A stretch of DNA of 64,000 nucleotides from a virus (Duplodnaviria; Caudoviricetes), in the IMG/VR virus record IMGVR_UViG_3300007083_000004, positions 128,001-192,000 of that record. One strand, given 5' to 3'. Of this stretch, positions 8,833 through 18,723 are shown one piece after another. Each line of letters opens with the position of its first letter. Positions within the stretch are counted from its first letter, which is position 1. A model generated the notes under the pieces. The model was not told the origin of the DNA. It was given only the letters and a program-made list of their open reading frames with translations, and searched no databases. Position numbers and translations under genes: made by a program.

Positions 8833-9210
8833 ATGCAATCAATGATAATATTGGATTTAAGAGACGAATTAAAAGAGTTTAAAAGAAATCTAATAAAACC
8901 AGTAAACTTAAGAGAAACAACAATTGAAGAAATAATAAGAATAGTTTTTGATGTTTTACTATATGGTCAAATCGAAGATCAAAATGTCCCCAATCTATCT
9001 GGATTGGGGACATTTTATAAGGATTATATAGAAAACGATAATAGCTTTAAATATTTTTTTCTTGAGGATTTGGATAAATTAGTAGATAAAGTCGAAGAAA
9101 AAATGTTTAACTTGGGTATAATTAACTTAAATAATGAAAACCATGAGTTTAACTACTACCCATTCAAAATAAAAAATCATGTAGTTTATTTAACCAATTT
9201 TATTGATTAA
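8833..9210 (+). CDS. Hypothetical protein
   Basis: 125-aa ORF within the operon. Confidence 0.65.
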   Translation: MQSMIILDLRDELKEFKRNLIKPVNLRETTIEEIIRIVFDVLLYGQIEDQNVPNLSGLGTFYKDYIENDNSFKYFFLEDLDKLVDKVEEKMFNLGIINLNNENHEFNYYPFKIKNHVVYLTNFID

Positions 9211-9226
9211 CATTAAAGGTTTTATA

Positions 9227-9634
9227 ATGGCACAATTAATGAATAATAAAGGTATATACGATTTTGAAGTATATACGATTAGTATACTAGGAAATGATTT
9301 CAAAAAAGTAGAAATTCTAGGATACTTTCCATTTGAAACAGCTATTTTATTAGCCGGTGATTTAGAACCAATACACGCCGAAATATATTCTACTGGTTTA
9401 TTACCAATAGGAACGCCCAATGATCCCAGGCAATATAATTATTATAGAGTAAAAAAGAATAATGGCGATATTACTATTTTAGGTGAAGTCTGGATAAAGA
9501 ATTCTAGTATAACGGAAGTAGCATCTAAAACGGCTAAAATTACTATACCCAATACCTCTACTGGAGATTTGATTAGATTAAAAGATGTATTTAGTCAAAT
9601 GGGATATAAAGATTACGATATCGAATTTATTTAA
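9227..9634 (+). CDS. Conserved protein, phiKZ gp49-like
   Basis: ATG 9227 after AAAGG. 'YDFEVY..ILG' and 'LPIGTPNDP' motifs; immediately upstream of the DNA polymerase as in phiKZ-like phages. Confidence 0.65.
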   Translation: MAQLMNNKGIYDFEVYTISILGNDFKKVEILGYFPFETAILLAGDLEPIHAEIYSTGLLPIGTPNDPRQYNYYRVKKNNGDITILGEVWIKNSSITEVASKTAKITIPNTSTGDLIRLKDVFSQMGYKDYDIEFI

Positions 9635-9690
9635 ATTTCATATGTTTATCCCATTTAGTGAAATGAATAAATTCGCAATTTGGGTAAGAC

Positions 9691-11877
9691 ATGAAAAATT
9701 TAAATTTTGTTAAATTTATAAAAAATAAAAATGATTACGTAAGAGACATTAGTGTAATAAAACATTATATCGAACAGGCTTCCGAATACTTATCCATTAT
9801 TAAAGACATTTCTGTAGATGAAGCCAGGTCGTTTATAAAGAATAACATTAGACCAAATGGTTTGTTTGAATTAAAAAATCCTACCGTTAAGTATTTGGAA
9901 AGGGAGAATAATTCAGATAGATCTATAAAAGAAACTACAATGGGGGAATATCTAAAAGATAGCTTAATAAATAAACAAGCTATATCTCCTACTTTAACTA
10001 CATATCAGAGTCCAGAAGAAAATCAATCTTTATTGGCTTTATATACAAATGAGAATATTAAAGAAAGAAGTAAGCTAAAGAAGAAAATGTTTAAAGCCAA
10101 AACCGATGGTAATGAAGTTTTATACACCTTCTTGGATTTAGCTCAGTTTAATGCAAAAATTACCAATAATTCTTTATCTGGCGCGTCCCTTACTCCTTCT
10201 ACAGTTCTTTTTAATCCAACTACACATTCCACTCTTACTACAATGTGTAGATTAACTACTGCTTACGGCAATGCCAATAACGAAAAGTTTATTGAAGGAA
10301 ACAGGCATTATTATGATGTAGATGTTATATTGAATAACATAATGTCTATCATTACTACTGTAGATTTAAATAAGGTTGAAAAGGCAATAATCAAATATCA
10401 ATTAAAATATCCAACGGTATCTGATGTTATTGATTGTATAAATTATTCTAGATATTTGTATTTTAAATCAGAGATCAAGATGGAACCAGTATGGGAGTTG
10501 GTAAATAGACTAACTCCCATACAAAGAGCCGCGTTTATTTATGTAGGAGATTTTTATCAGTTATTTAATCATAATCCTGATTTTATTAAAACTTTAATAT
10601 TGGATATTATCAGGAAGATTGAATCTAATGAAATAAATAACGTCATTCCTGTAATAGACGATTTAATGAGTAACTTTGATATAGCTGATGAAATCATATC
10701 GACGTTTCCTTCAGATATCTTAAATTTAGCTAAACAAATTTGCAGAAATATTACTAAGGGAAAGAGTATAAATGATATTAAAGAAAATGATCCCGATGGA
10801 TTTATATCTATAGCTCTGACGGCTTACAACATAAATCGCGTTCTTTTAGCTAAACAAGATTTTATTGAAGCTTTCTTTTTAACTAATATATTACCAGCTT
10901 CGGTTGGAAACTATACTCATTCATTAAGAAGATCGGTATTAGGAGGTGATACAGATTCCACTCTTTTTACCGTACAGGAATGGGTAAAGAGAATACTAGG
11001 TGTTATAGATTTTTCTGATCAAGCCAATAATGTTTCTGATGTAATAATATTTTTAGCTGCACAATCTTCGGCTCATTTACATGCTTTAATGAGTGTTAAT
11101 TGCGGTATGGATATAAATCGTATATTCGATACGAAAATGAAGAACGAATACAAATTCGATGTATTTGTTCCAACTTCCATGGCTAAACATTATTGGGCAT
11201 TAAAAACCGTACAAGAAGGTACCATTTATGCTAAACCAGAACTGGAATTAAAAGGAGCAAATCTAATATCATCAAATACTCCCGGTAGTATTGTATCAGA
11301 TATAAAAGAAATGCTATTGACCCAAATGAAAGATTTGGTATATGGTAAGAAATTATACATCAAAGACGTTTTAAAAACAATAGCTGATAAAGAAAACGAA
11401 ATAAAACGTAATATAGAATCAGGCTCTACTGATTATTTTAAAACAATAAATCTAAAAACAGCAAATGCATATAAACTATCTGATGTCAGTAAAACCCCTT
11501 ATTGGTATCATATTTTCTATAATTCCACTTTTGGTAAGATATACGGTTTAGTTGATGAACCTCCATACACAATGATTAAGATTCCTTTGGATGTAAATAA
11601 CCAAACAGAATTTAAAGAAACGTTGTTAAAGATGGATAACCCTGATTTAATTGAAGATATTTATGAACAAATGTCATTGACAGTAAAAAAATTATTAAAT
11701 ACTATTTATATTCCAGTAAACATTGTTCAACTAAATGGAATACCTAAAGAAATTATTAATATCATAAATGTTAGAAAGATGATGAAAGAGTCATGCGCCG
11801 CTTATTATCATATATTAGAAGCTTATGGTCTTTACATGAATAATAAAAGAAATACCAGAATGATATCAGATGTCTAA
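9691..11877 (+). CDS. Divergent family-B DNA polymerase, catalytic part (phiKZ gp50-like)
   Basis: QFNAKITNNSLSG (motif B), GGDTDST (motif C), KHYWA and ELKG motifs. Confidence 0.9.
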   Translation: MKNLNFVKFIKNKNDYVRDISVIKHYIEQASEYLSIIKDISVDEARSFIKNNIRPNGLFELKNPTVKYLERENNSDRSIKETTMGEYLKDSLINKQAISPTLTTYQSPEENQSLLALYTNENIKERSKLKKKMFKAKTDGNEVLYTFLDLAQFNAKITNNSLSGASLTPSTVLFNPTTHSTLTTMCRLTTAYGNANNEKFIEGNRHYYDVDVILNNIMSIITTVDLNKVEKAIIKYQLKYPTVSDVIDCINYSRYLYFKSEIKMEPVWELVNRLTPIQRAAFIYVGDFYQLFNHNPDFIKTLILDIIRKIESNEINNVIPVIDDLMSNFDIADEIISTFPSDILNLAKQICRNITKGKSINDIKENDPDGFISIALTAYNINRVLLAKQDFIEAFFLTNILPASVGNYTHSLRRSVLGGDTDSTLFTVQEWVKRILGVIDFSDQANNVSDVIIFLAAQSSAHLHALMSVNCGMDINRIFDTKMKNEYKFDVFVPTSMAKHYWALKTVQEGTIYAKPELELKGANLISSNTPGSIVSDIKEMLLTQMKDLVYGKKLYIKDVLKTIADKENEIKRNIESGSTDYFKTINLKTANAYKLSDVSKTPYWYHIFYNSTFGKIYGLVDEPPYTMIKIPLDVNNQTEFKETLLKMDNPDLIEDIYEQMSLTVKKLLNTIYIPVNIVQLNGIPKEIINIINVRKMMKESCAAYYHILEAYGLYMNNKRNTRMISDV

Positions 11878-11879
11878 TA

Positions 11880-11916
11880 TATACTACCTACAGCCAAGAT
11901 GGCTGTAGGTAGTATA
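11880..11916. terminator. Bidirectional terminator-like inverted repeat
   Basis: 17-bp arms, 3-nt loop, convergent genes. Confidence 0.8.
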
Positions 11917-11917
11917 A

Positions 11918-12985
11918 TCATAATTTTAATAAATCTTCAATTACCTTCTTTTCTTCATTATAAAAAGAAACATCCAGAGCACTACGAATAGAATTATCAC
12001 CTAAATACTTTCTGAATTCGTATTTTATCATATTTTTTTCTAGTTGATTTGTTTTATCTATGTATTTATAAATAAACAATAAAGCTCTGATTCTGGCTAA
12101 ATAAATAGCCCAGGCTATTTGTCTATTTTCAAATACATCAGGCAATCTTAATGATTCAAACAAACTTTTTTTATTTATAACAGGAAACGTTTGTAATATA
12201 CTAGCTATATCTAAATTCCTACTTTTTATGGAATTTAATAACATAGATAATATTCTATCGATTTTATCATTAAAGTTTGTTAAATGAAAAGGATGTTTAA
12301 ATTGTATTTCATTCTTTTTTATTTCATTGTCTATTGATATTATTCTATTGAAAATAGAATAATCCATGGAGCTATAAATCATATTTAATATAGGATACGA
12401 ATATAGAAAATGATAAATGGAATTTCTACCAGTATCCTCAGTTACATATGTTTTTTGCCAGTGTCTATACGCTCGATATTGTATAGCCAACATAGGTAGG
12501 TTTATAGTATAAACATTAATACCGTTACTAATAACGGTATTGTTATATAAGAAGGAATCTATGTTGGTTTTGTTATGACGCAAAACAATTATAGGTCTTA
12601 AATCTTTCCAATATTCATGACACCAGTTTACATTTATGGTACTATCATGAACCATAATAACGTCTTTACTATTTCCTGTAGTAAAGACGTTATTAAATAT
12701 TTTACCTTTATTAAATTGGGTAGTAAAACCTAATTGTTGAGCTACCGTTAAAGCTTTATTATCTACGATACGATAGTAATCAAATATATCAGTATCTACA
12801 TCAACCGATAAACTATACAGTAATTTAACTAATATATGATCGCTACCAACAGCATAAGCTCCTGATCTATAATAATTGTTTACTATTTTTAAATTAGATA
12901 ATAAGCCCTTTTTTATATATTCAAATTCAGGTAATGCTATAATACCTTTAGCTCTACTATTTAGATGGTTAAATATGTTTAACAT
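11918..12985 (-). CDS. Conserved protein, phiKZ gp52-like (putative virion protein)
   Basis: Minus-strand gene between DNA pol and chmA, as in phiKZ-like phages. Confidence 0.6.
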   Translation of the reverse strand: MLNIFNHLNSRAKGIIALPEFEYIKKGLLSNLKIVNNYYRSGAYAVGSDHILVKLLYSLSVDVDTDIFDYYRIVDNKALTVAQQLGFTTQFNKGKIFNNVFTTGNSKDVIMVHDSTINVNWCHEYWKDLRPIIVLRHNKTNIDSFLYNNTVISNGINVYTINLPMLAIQYRAYRHWQKTYVTEDTGRNSIYHFLYSYPILNMIYSSMDYSIFNRIISIDNEIKKNEIQFKHPFHLTNFNDKIDRILSMLLNSIKSRNLDIASILQTFPVINKKSLFESLRLPDVFENRQIAWAIYLARIRALLFIYKYIDKTNQLEKNMIKYEFRKYLGDNSIRSALDVSFYNEEKKVIEDLLKL

Positions 12986-13132
12986 TTGGTTTTATTTCCA
13001 TCATAAAAATTTCCTTAAATATCACAGTATTGTTTTATATAAAAAATTATTGTAGTATATATATTGTGCAGATGACTATTTATATGTCGTCTGTTGGCTG
13101 GGGATATATGTTTTAAAATAGTTTTATAGAAA

Positions 13133-13148
13133 TATATTACTATATTGA
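13133..13148 (+). promoter_or_regulatory. Early promoter of chmA
   Basis: Exact TATATTAC followed by tatatTG. Confidence 0.75.
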
Positions 13149-13214
13149 TTAACCGTGTATGACACTTTGTATGTACACCATTTTCTTGTTAATTTATCTA
13201 AAGGAAGTATAATC

Positions 13215-15146
13215 ATGGCAATCATAGGAACCGATCAAAATGATCAAGTAAAAGGCGCTTTGGATCAAGCCGCTATTCGTGAGAATAGAGGTGCGTCCAA
13301 GGATTCTCATGGAGATCGTAGGAAAAAAGACGAAGCACCAATCGATACCCGCTTTACGTCTTTGACTCAAATCGGTAGGCTAAATCCTACTCCTTTGGCA
13401 ATGTCTGATACGGCTGAGGCGTTGGATCAGTTTTATCGGGATTTTGTCGAAGCAATGCCTAGCAAAGATGATGACAACCTCATCCAAGCAAAGGTCTTTC
13501 CCATCGATGCATCAGTGGCAGGCTTGCCGTTTTCGTTGCTGGTAGTTGCTGGCATGAAAAAGAATAAGCCAGATTTGGGCATTGGTTATCATACGTTCGT
13601 ACTAGCTGGTTCGGCCGATCAATTACAGCCTCGCGAAGAATCTATTCGCGGTCAGCGTGTAACTATCGTACAAGTACCTGGCGATGCATATGACGATCGT
13701 TGCCGTAATGTAGTAGAAGAAGTATTGGCTAACCATTACCCGGAAACCAAATTGGTTTCTTCAGATGCGGAAGTTATTCATCGTAACTTTCCTACCCTGA
13801 AAGAAAATCCCGACGCTATTGCTAATTGCGTAAAGAATTCTTATACAGCAATTAAGTTGGCTCTTGATGAAAAAGATGGGGATGTGCCGTTGCTGAAACT
13901 GGATTCTGAATCCAGAAATACGTACAACGCATTGCACATACAACATCGCCAAGATCATATTTTTGATCGTGGTCATCAACCAATTCGTTCCGACGTCGTC
14001 ATTGATTTGGTAACTCGTGAACATCGCGGTCGTTCGGCTCGCGATCCGATGGATCAGTTGATTAGCGGTCAACGCATTAGCCGTGTTGGTGGTTTCTATG
14101 ACCTCATTTATGCACCTGCTGATGGAGCATTGTTGCACGACAATATTTATTCTCGTCGCGACAATCGTGTTAGTGGCGATGAGCATCAGTTGTACGCATT
14201 GAGGTTCGTTAACACCTTTGTCGATACCATCGACTTCTCTTTGAATACTTTCCTTCTGGCTATTGCAACATTGAATGCTGCTGGAGATGAAAGAGAAATC
14301 ATGACCGCGTTTGAACCCAATCTGTCCTTGGGTGAAAATGAGTATCGTAATATCGGTGCATTGGCAATTGAGACTAATCTCATGGATGAGGAGCGTGGGT
14401 TTTCCGATCGGGTTGAAACCAAATCACCAACCTTTACCGCCGCTCGCCGTCGCGCTCTACTGAGGGCTACCATTCGTCCTGGAATTATCTTCTCTTTTGA
14501 TATTCCCGAATGTGGAGCTTCTACGTGGCAGTGGGTGCGTTGGATTGCAGCGGCTCAGGGTAGCCGTAAAGCCTCCGACGAAATTTATGATGCAGCTTGC
14601 ATCCTAACCAATGGAATCTTCGAGGAGTATTATCGTCGTGGCGACCCCATTGTAGATGATCAAATCGAACGGGTTCATGCTGGTTACTATGTTGGTGATG
14701 AGCGTGGCGGTATTCTCGATATTCGGGATTTTGACTATCTGGCTCTATTGAACATGCTCAATCCTGAGTCTGTTCGTGATCTGGAAGTTGTTCAGCGCTG
14801 GAGTGATAATAAGTTCGATGAAACGGTTCTGCGTCAATCGGATCGCTATGAAATTATCCGCAGGTTCATTCCCCATGCAGTAATCACCGGAATGTATCAA
14901 CGTGTTAATTTGAATAGCCACTTTAACCAAGCTCTGGTAGATGCCATCATTTCGTGCGGACTCTCTCTTAATCCCGCGTCTTCCAAGACCGAGGGTGGTG
15001 AGCGTTATCGTAGTACTTACGGCAACATCGATTCGGTTATTAACCGCCCCGGTGCCGTTGGTCTGTATCGTAACCGTCGTATTCAACGCGATTACGATGA
15101 AGATCGTTATTACGATAGCAACCGTCGCTTTGAAGGCCGCTGGTAA
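13215..15146 (+). CDS. chmA: Chimallin, major phage nuclear shell protein
   Basis: About 640 aa, directly upstream of nvRNAP beta'. Motifs GDAYD, QPIRSDV, GGFYDLIY, HAGYY, DIRDFDYLALLN. Early promoter and AAGGAAG SD support ATG 13215. Confidence 0.9.
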   Translation: MAIIGTDQNDQVKGALDQAAIRENRGASKDSHGDRRKKDEAPIDTRFTSLTQIGRLNPTPLAMSDTAEALDQFYRDFVEAMPSKDDDNLIQAKVFPIDASVAGLPFSLLVVAGMKKNKPDLGIGYHTFVLAGSADQLQPREESIRGQRVTIVQVPGDAYDDRCRNVVEEVLANHYPETKLVSSDAEVIHRNFPTLKENPDAIANCVKNSYTAIKLALDEKDGDVPLLKLDSESRNTYNALHIQHRQDHIFDRGHQPIRSDVVIDLVTREHRGRSARDPMDQLISGQRISRVGGFYDLIYAPADGALLHDNIYSRRDNRVSGDEHQLYALRFVNTFVDTIDFSLNTFLLAIATLNAAGDEREIMTAFEPNLSLGENEYRNIGALAIETNLMDEERGFSDRVETKSPTFTAARRRALLRATIRPGIIFSFDIPECGASTWQWVRWIAAAQGSRKASDEIYDAACILTNGIFEEYYRRGDPIVDDQIERVHAGYYVGDERGGILDIRDFDYLALLNMLNPESVRDLEVVQRWSDNKFDETVLRQSDRYEIIRRFIPHAVITGMYQRVNLNSHFNQALVDAIISCGLSLNPASSKTEGGERYRSTYGNIDSVINRPGAVGLYRNRRIQRDYDEDRYYDSNRRFEGRW

Positions 15147-15191
15147 TAAATCGGTACAGTTTAAATGTTATAAACAGTAACATATAAACAA

Positions 15192-15240
15192 ATATACACC
15201 TGAGAGCTTACCGGCTCTCAGGTGTATATATTTTTTTGTT
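15192..15240 (+). terminator. Intrinsic terminator after chmA
   Basis: 16-bp arms, 6-nt loop, T-run. Confidence 0.85.
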
Positions 15241-15269
15241 TAGTAAATATTGTATTATAAAAAAAGAAA

Positions 15270-15285
15270 TATATTACTAATTAGA
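15270..15285 (+). promoter_or_regulatory. Early promoter
   Basis: Exact TATATTAC upstream of the nvRNAP beta' gene. Confidence 0.7.
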
Positions 15286-15325
15286 TGTACCAAACACCAG
15301 TACATATTTTAAAAGGAAATAGCGT

Positions 15326-16861
15326 ATGGGACACCATTTGGAATTAGAAGATTTTGATGATGTTTTTCACAATTTATCAACACAACCTTTAATTGTAAAT
15401 GACATTTTAGATACAATTGAAGGAGAAAAAGAAAAACTCGATCGAAGTCTAATGACCGTTTATAATTTCACAGATCTCATGGATACCGTTCCTAGATGTT
15501 CATGTGGAACATTAGTCGGTCAACATCACATTGATCATGATGGTAAAGGTACTTTATGTCGAATATGTAATACCAGAGTCCAACCTCTACTTGATAGAAG
15601 TTTGGAACCATTGGTATGGGTGAGAGCTCCAGATGGCGTTAGGGATATAATGGATCCTCATGTATGGAGATTACTATCCGACATCTTTGATATAGGAGGT
15701 GGTAGGGGTGGTGGTTTTAATATTATTGAATATCTGACCAACACCAATTATAGATATAGTACCGATAGATATCAGTACATAGTTGATACATTGGAAGAAA
15801 TGAATATACCTAGAGGGTATAACAACTTTCACGATCATTTCGATACAATAATTGAAGACTTGATGACTGCTCTAAAAACTATGAAAAAGGCAGATAAAGC
15901 CAGACAAATCAAGTTTGAAGATCTAAGAAAGTTTATCAGTATGTATAGGGACAGGATTTTTTCTAAACACATACCAATACACAACAAAACTCTCTTGGTG
16001 ATCGAAAATACCAACTACACCACCTATATGGATAATTCATTAAAGGTGATACTAGATGCCGTCAGGAATATATCGGGTATAGATTCTGAAATAAAAGCAT
16101 ATACAATAAAACAAAAAGAAAACAGGGTCTCTAAATTAATAAAAACATTATCCGACTTTGCTAAAGCCTATGAAAAGAAATTTCTAGCCAGTAAACCAGG
16201 ATTATTGCGTAAACACGTGTTCGCCAGTAGATGCTGGTTTAGTTTCAGAGCTGTAATTAATTCATTAACTACACCCCATGATCATGATGAAATTCATATT
16301 CCATGGCCTTTAGCAGTAACAGCCTTGCGAATTCATTTGATGAGTAAATTGTATCGTAAAGGATACGGTTATAACGATGCTAGTTATTTATTAAATGAAT
16401 ACACGCATCAGTATCATCCTCTATTAGACGAATTGTTTGTCGAACTAATAGATGAAACTAAATATAAAGGAATTCCTTGTATATTTGGTAGAAATCCTTC
16501 CATGTATAGAACTTCAATTCAACGAATGTTTATTACAAAGGTAAAAACGAATCCTAAGATTTTGTCTATCAGCTATCCTATAATAAGCGTAGCGGGACCG
16601 AACGCCGATTTTGACGGCGATTCAATGTTTTCGTTTCTAACATTGGATAATTGGACAACGGATGAATTGAGGTATTTAGCACCACATTTTGGCGCTTGGA
16701 AGTTATCGGGTCCAAGAGAAGTGGGTGACAATATGAAATTACCCAAACCCATAGTGTCATCTATTATAAATTGGATTTATGATTACCATGATAAGGATAA
16801 GATACCCGATCCTTATAAAATGGAGAAAATGCACGAAATGTTTTCAATAAGGAAATTATAG
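15326..16861 (+). CDS. rpoC: Non-virion RNA polymerase beta' N-terminal subunit (phiKZ gp55/56.1-like)
   Basis: Zn finger CSCG...CRIC, KPGLLRKHVF, RNPS and catalytic NADFDGD. Confidence 0.93.
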   Translation: MGHHLELEDFDDVFHNLSTQPLIVNDILDTIEGEKEKLDRSLMTVYNFTDLMDTVPRCSCGTLVGQHHIDHDGKGTLCRICNTRVQPLLDRSLEPLVWVRAPDGVRDIMDPHVWRLLSDIFDIGGGRGGGFNIIEYLTNTNYRYSTDRYQYIVDTLEEMNIPRGYNNFHDHFDTIIEDLMTALKTMKKADKARQIKFEDLRKFISMYRDRIFSKHIPIHNKTLLVIENTNYTTYMDNSLKVILDAVRNISGIDSEIKAYTIKQKENRVSKLIKTLSDFAKAYEKKFLASKPGLLRKHVFASRCWFSFRAVINSLTTPHDHDEIHIPWPLAVTALRIHLMSKLYRKGYGYNDASYLLNEYTHQYHPLLDELFVELIDETKYKGIPCIFGRNPSMYRTSIQRMFITKVKTNPKILSISYPIISVAGPNADFDGDSMFSFLTLDNWTTDELRYLAPHFGAWKLSGPREVGDNMKLPKPIVSSIINWIYDYHDKDKIPDPYKMEKMHEMFSIRKL

Positions 16862-17497
16862 ATGGGAAGCTATTTAACGAATGACGAAATAAGCAACTAC
16901 ATCTACGGAGAACCTAAAGAAAGTACATTGCGTTATCTAAGACGAGAAGTGGAGAGATATTCAGACAGGATAGGCGATGTATTCGATAACTTCTTTAGCG
17001 ACGCCAGAGATGTTTTTGAACGATTTAACGGAGTTTCTGCTTTAAGGAGAATTCGTAAGCGATTAAGGGAATCTGAAAATCTCTTTGATAAAGATATCGT
17101 ATTGCCACTAACAGACATGAAAGGGCTACAAACAGCCAAGTCTGTTATGCAAAGATACATTATGTGTAATCCTATATCAAGGCAACTAGAAGAATCCCAG
17201 TGCATTGACTCATATTCTGATTCATACAGGAATCCTTATCCAGGTAGAAAATCTTTCGATGATCCCGATTACATGAGAGTAATCGATGGGTTTGTATTTA
17301 CAGAAAACTATCATGATATCAAGATAAGGGAAACTGAAGATGCATGGATAGCATATCAAGATTTGAATTACAATGAAGATGAAAGGGAGTTATTCTTGGC
17401 TGAGCAAATGGATATATTATCCACATGGGAAGTTTTGGAACATTTTTATGCTCAAAAAGGAAAAGACCCTACGTCTATACTAAACGAAGATATGTGA
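16862..17497 (+). CDS. Conserved protein, phiKZ gp59-like by synteny
   Basis: Coupled to the upstream gene; 'MQRYIMCNP', 'DYMRVIDG', 'DPTS' motifs typical of this core gene. Confidence 0.55.
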   Translation: MGSYLTNDEISNYIYGEPKESTLRYLRREVERYSDRIGDVFDNFFSDARDVFERFNGVSALRRIRKRLRESENLFDKDIVLPLTDMKGLQTAKSVMQRYIMCNPISRQLEESQCIDSYSDSYRNPYPGRKSFDDPDYMRVIDGFVFTENYHDIKIRETEDAWIAYQDLNYNEDERELFLAEQMDILSTWEVLEHFYAQKGKDPTSILNEDM

Positions 17498-17503
17498 TTA
17501 TTG

Positions 17504-17548
17504 TAATGACTGATAGGCTATATAGCCTATCAGTCATTATTTTTTTTT
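17504..17548 (+). terminator. 36-bp perfect palindrome plus T-run
   Basis: TAATGACTGATAGGCTAT|ATAGCCTATCAGTCATTA then poly-T. Confidence 0.85.
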
Positions 17549-17566
17549 ATGGAGTAAAGAAATTCT

Positions 17567-17971
17567 ATGTCTATATTACCTACATTTTCTCATAGTGGAT
17601 GGGTAACAAATCCATTAGAAAAAATCGATTTCATGATGGCTTATTTTTTTGAAACACAAAAAAGCCAAACCCATTTTTATAATGATCTAGCATCGTTTCA
17701 GTCTATTTTAGCCGATGGTGCCGATTTACATGATATTGAAAGTAGATTATTGACTTACTTAAATGAATATTTATCTACGATCTTTAGTAATGTAGAATTA
17801 AATGTTACAATAGAACCTATAACTGGTGACGAAAATGACGTCGATATGGTTATAAAAATAAAATGTAATTTTGAAGATGAAGGTAAAACATATTCTATTT
17901 CTAATGCTATAGAAATGCTGGGTACCAATGTCAAGAAAATTTATAGGTTAAATGAAATGGGCGAATTATGA
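17567..17971 (+). CDS. Conserved hypothetical protein (phiKZ gp61-like; possibly gp25-like fold)
   Basis: ORF with GGAG SD; synteny. Confidence 0.55.
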   Translation: MSILPTFSHSGWVTNPLEKIDFMMAYFFETQKSQTHFYNDLASFQSILADGADLHDIESRLLTYLNEYLSTIFSNVELNVTIEPITGDENDVDMVIKIKCNFEDEGKTYSISNAIEMLGTNVKKIYRLNEMGEL

Positions 17972-18723
17972 ACCAAAAATTTACTAATCTCAGATTTAAT
18001 TCAATAGAAGAACTGGAAGCTGCTCTAGACGGTAAAACGCTAAAAAACCTACCTGAAGAATTAAAAAAGAATCTGGAACCAAAAATAGATTCAATGCCAC
18101 ATCCTGATCACGATAAGGTTATGGATGTGTTTAGTAAGATAATGAAAGTTAACCATAAGAATGTAGAAAGCATCATAAACGATATATCTACCAAATTAAT
18201 TCCAGAAAAATCCAATCCAACATTTCCTGAAGAACTCTTTGTTAAGTTCTTTTTACCATTTTTTGCAGGCGAAGTTCCAGCTACTAAAGAAATAAGTATA
18301 TCTACATGGTTAGATAAAATATCTGGTGATCCAAAGATAGCTGTAGACATTATTGATAATGAAGGAAATGTTTTATATACCGTACCACCAATATTGGATC
18401 AAAGTGTAATAGAGCAGGTCCAGCCCGGTGGTAGGACTATATCCATGGTAGAAAAACAGTATTCTAGATTAAAGGAAGTCAGTGCAGCAGCCTCTAGTGT
18501 TTATTTAGAAAAAACTTTAGTAGGAATGCATATTAAAGATAAACCTACCAAAGAGGTTTATATGAATATGAAAGCCTGGAATGATATATTGGAAAGATAT
18601 GGTAAAGGAGATAAAATAATAAATTTATTTCCTGAAGATAAAATAAATAGTGTTGTAAACGATTCCATTATAGAAAACGTTAATAAAAATGACTTAAGCG
18701 ATTATGAATTGGACACAGATTGA
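17968..18723 (+). CDS. Conserved hypothetical protein (phiKZ gp62-like)
   Basis: ATGA overlap; PEELFVKFFLPFF and VLYTVPP motifs; synteny. Confidence 0.55.
   Translation: MNQKFTNLRFNSIEELEAALDGKTLKNLPEELKKNLEPKIDSMPHPDHDKVMDVFSKIMKVNHKNVESIINDISTKLIPEKSNPTFPEELFVKFFLPFFAGEVPATKEISISTWLDKISGDPKIAVDIIDNEGNVLYTVPPILDQSVIEQVQPGGRTISMVEKQYSRLKEVSAAASSVYLEKTLVGMHIKDKPTKEVYMNMKAWNDILERYGKGDKIINLFPEDKINSVVNDSIIENVNKNDLSDYELDTD

Noticed and set aside
13761-15180. Several antisense/alternate-frame ORFs of 79-141 aa inside chmA
   Set aside because: Expected shadows of a GC-richer, strongly codon-biased gene; no SD or recognisable motif.
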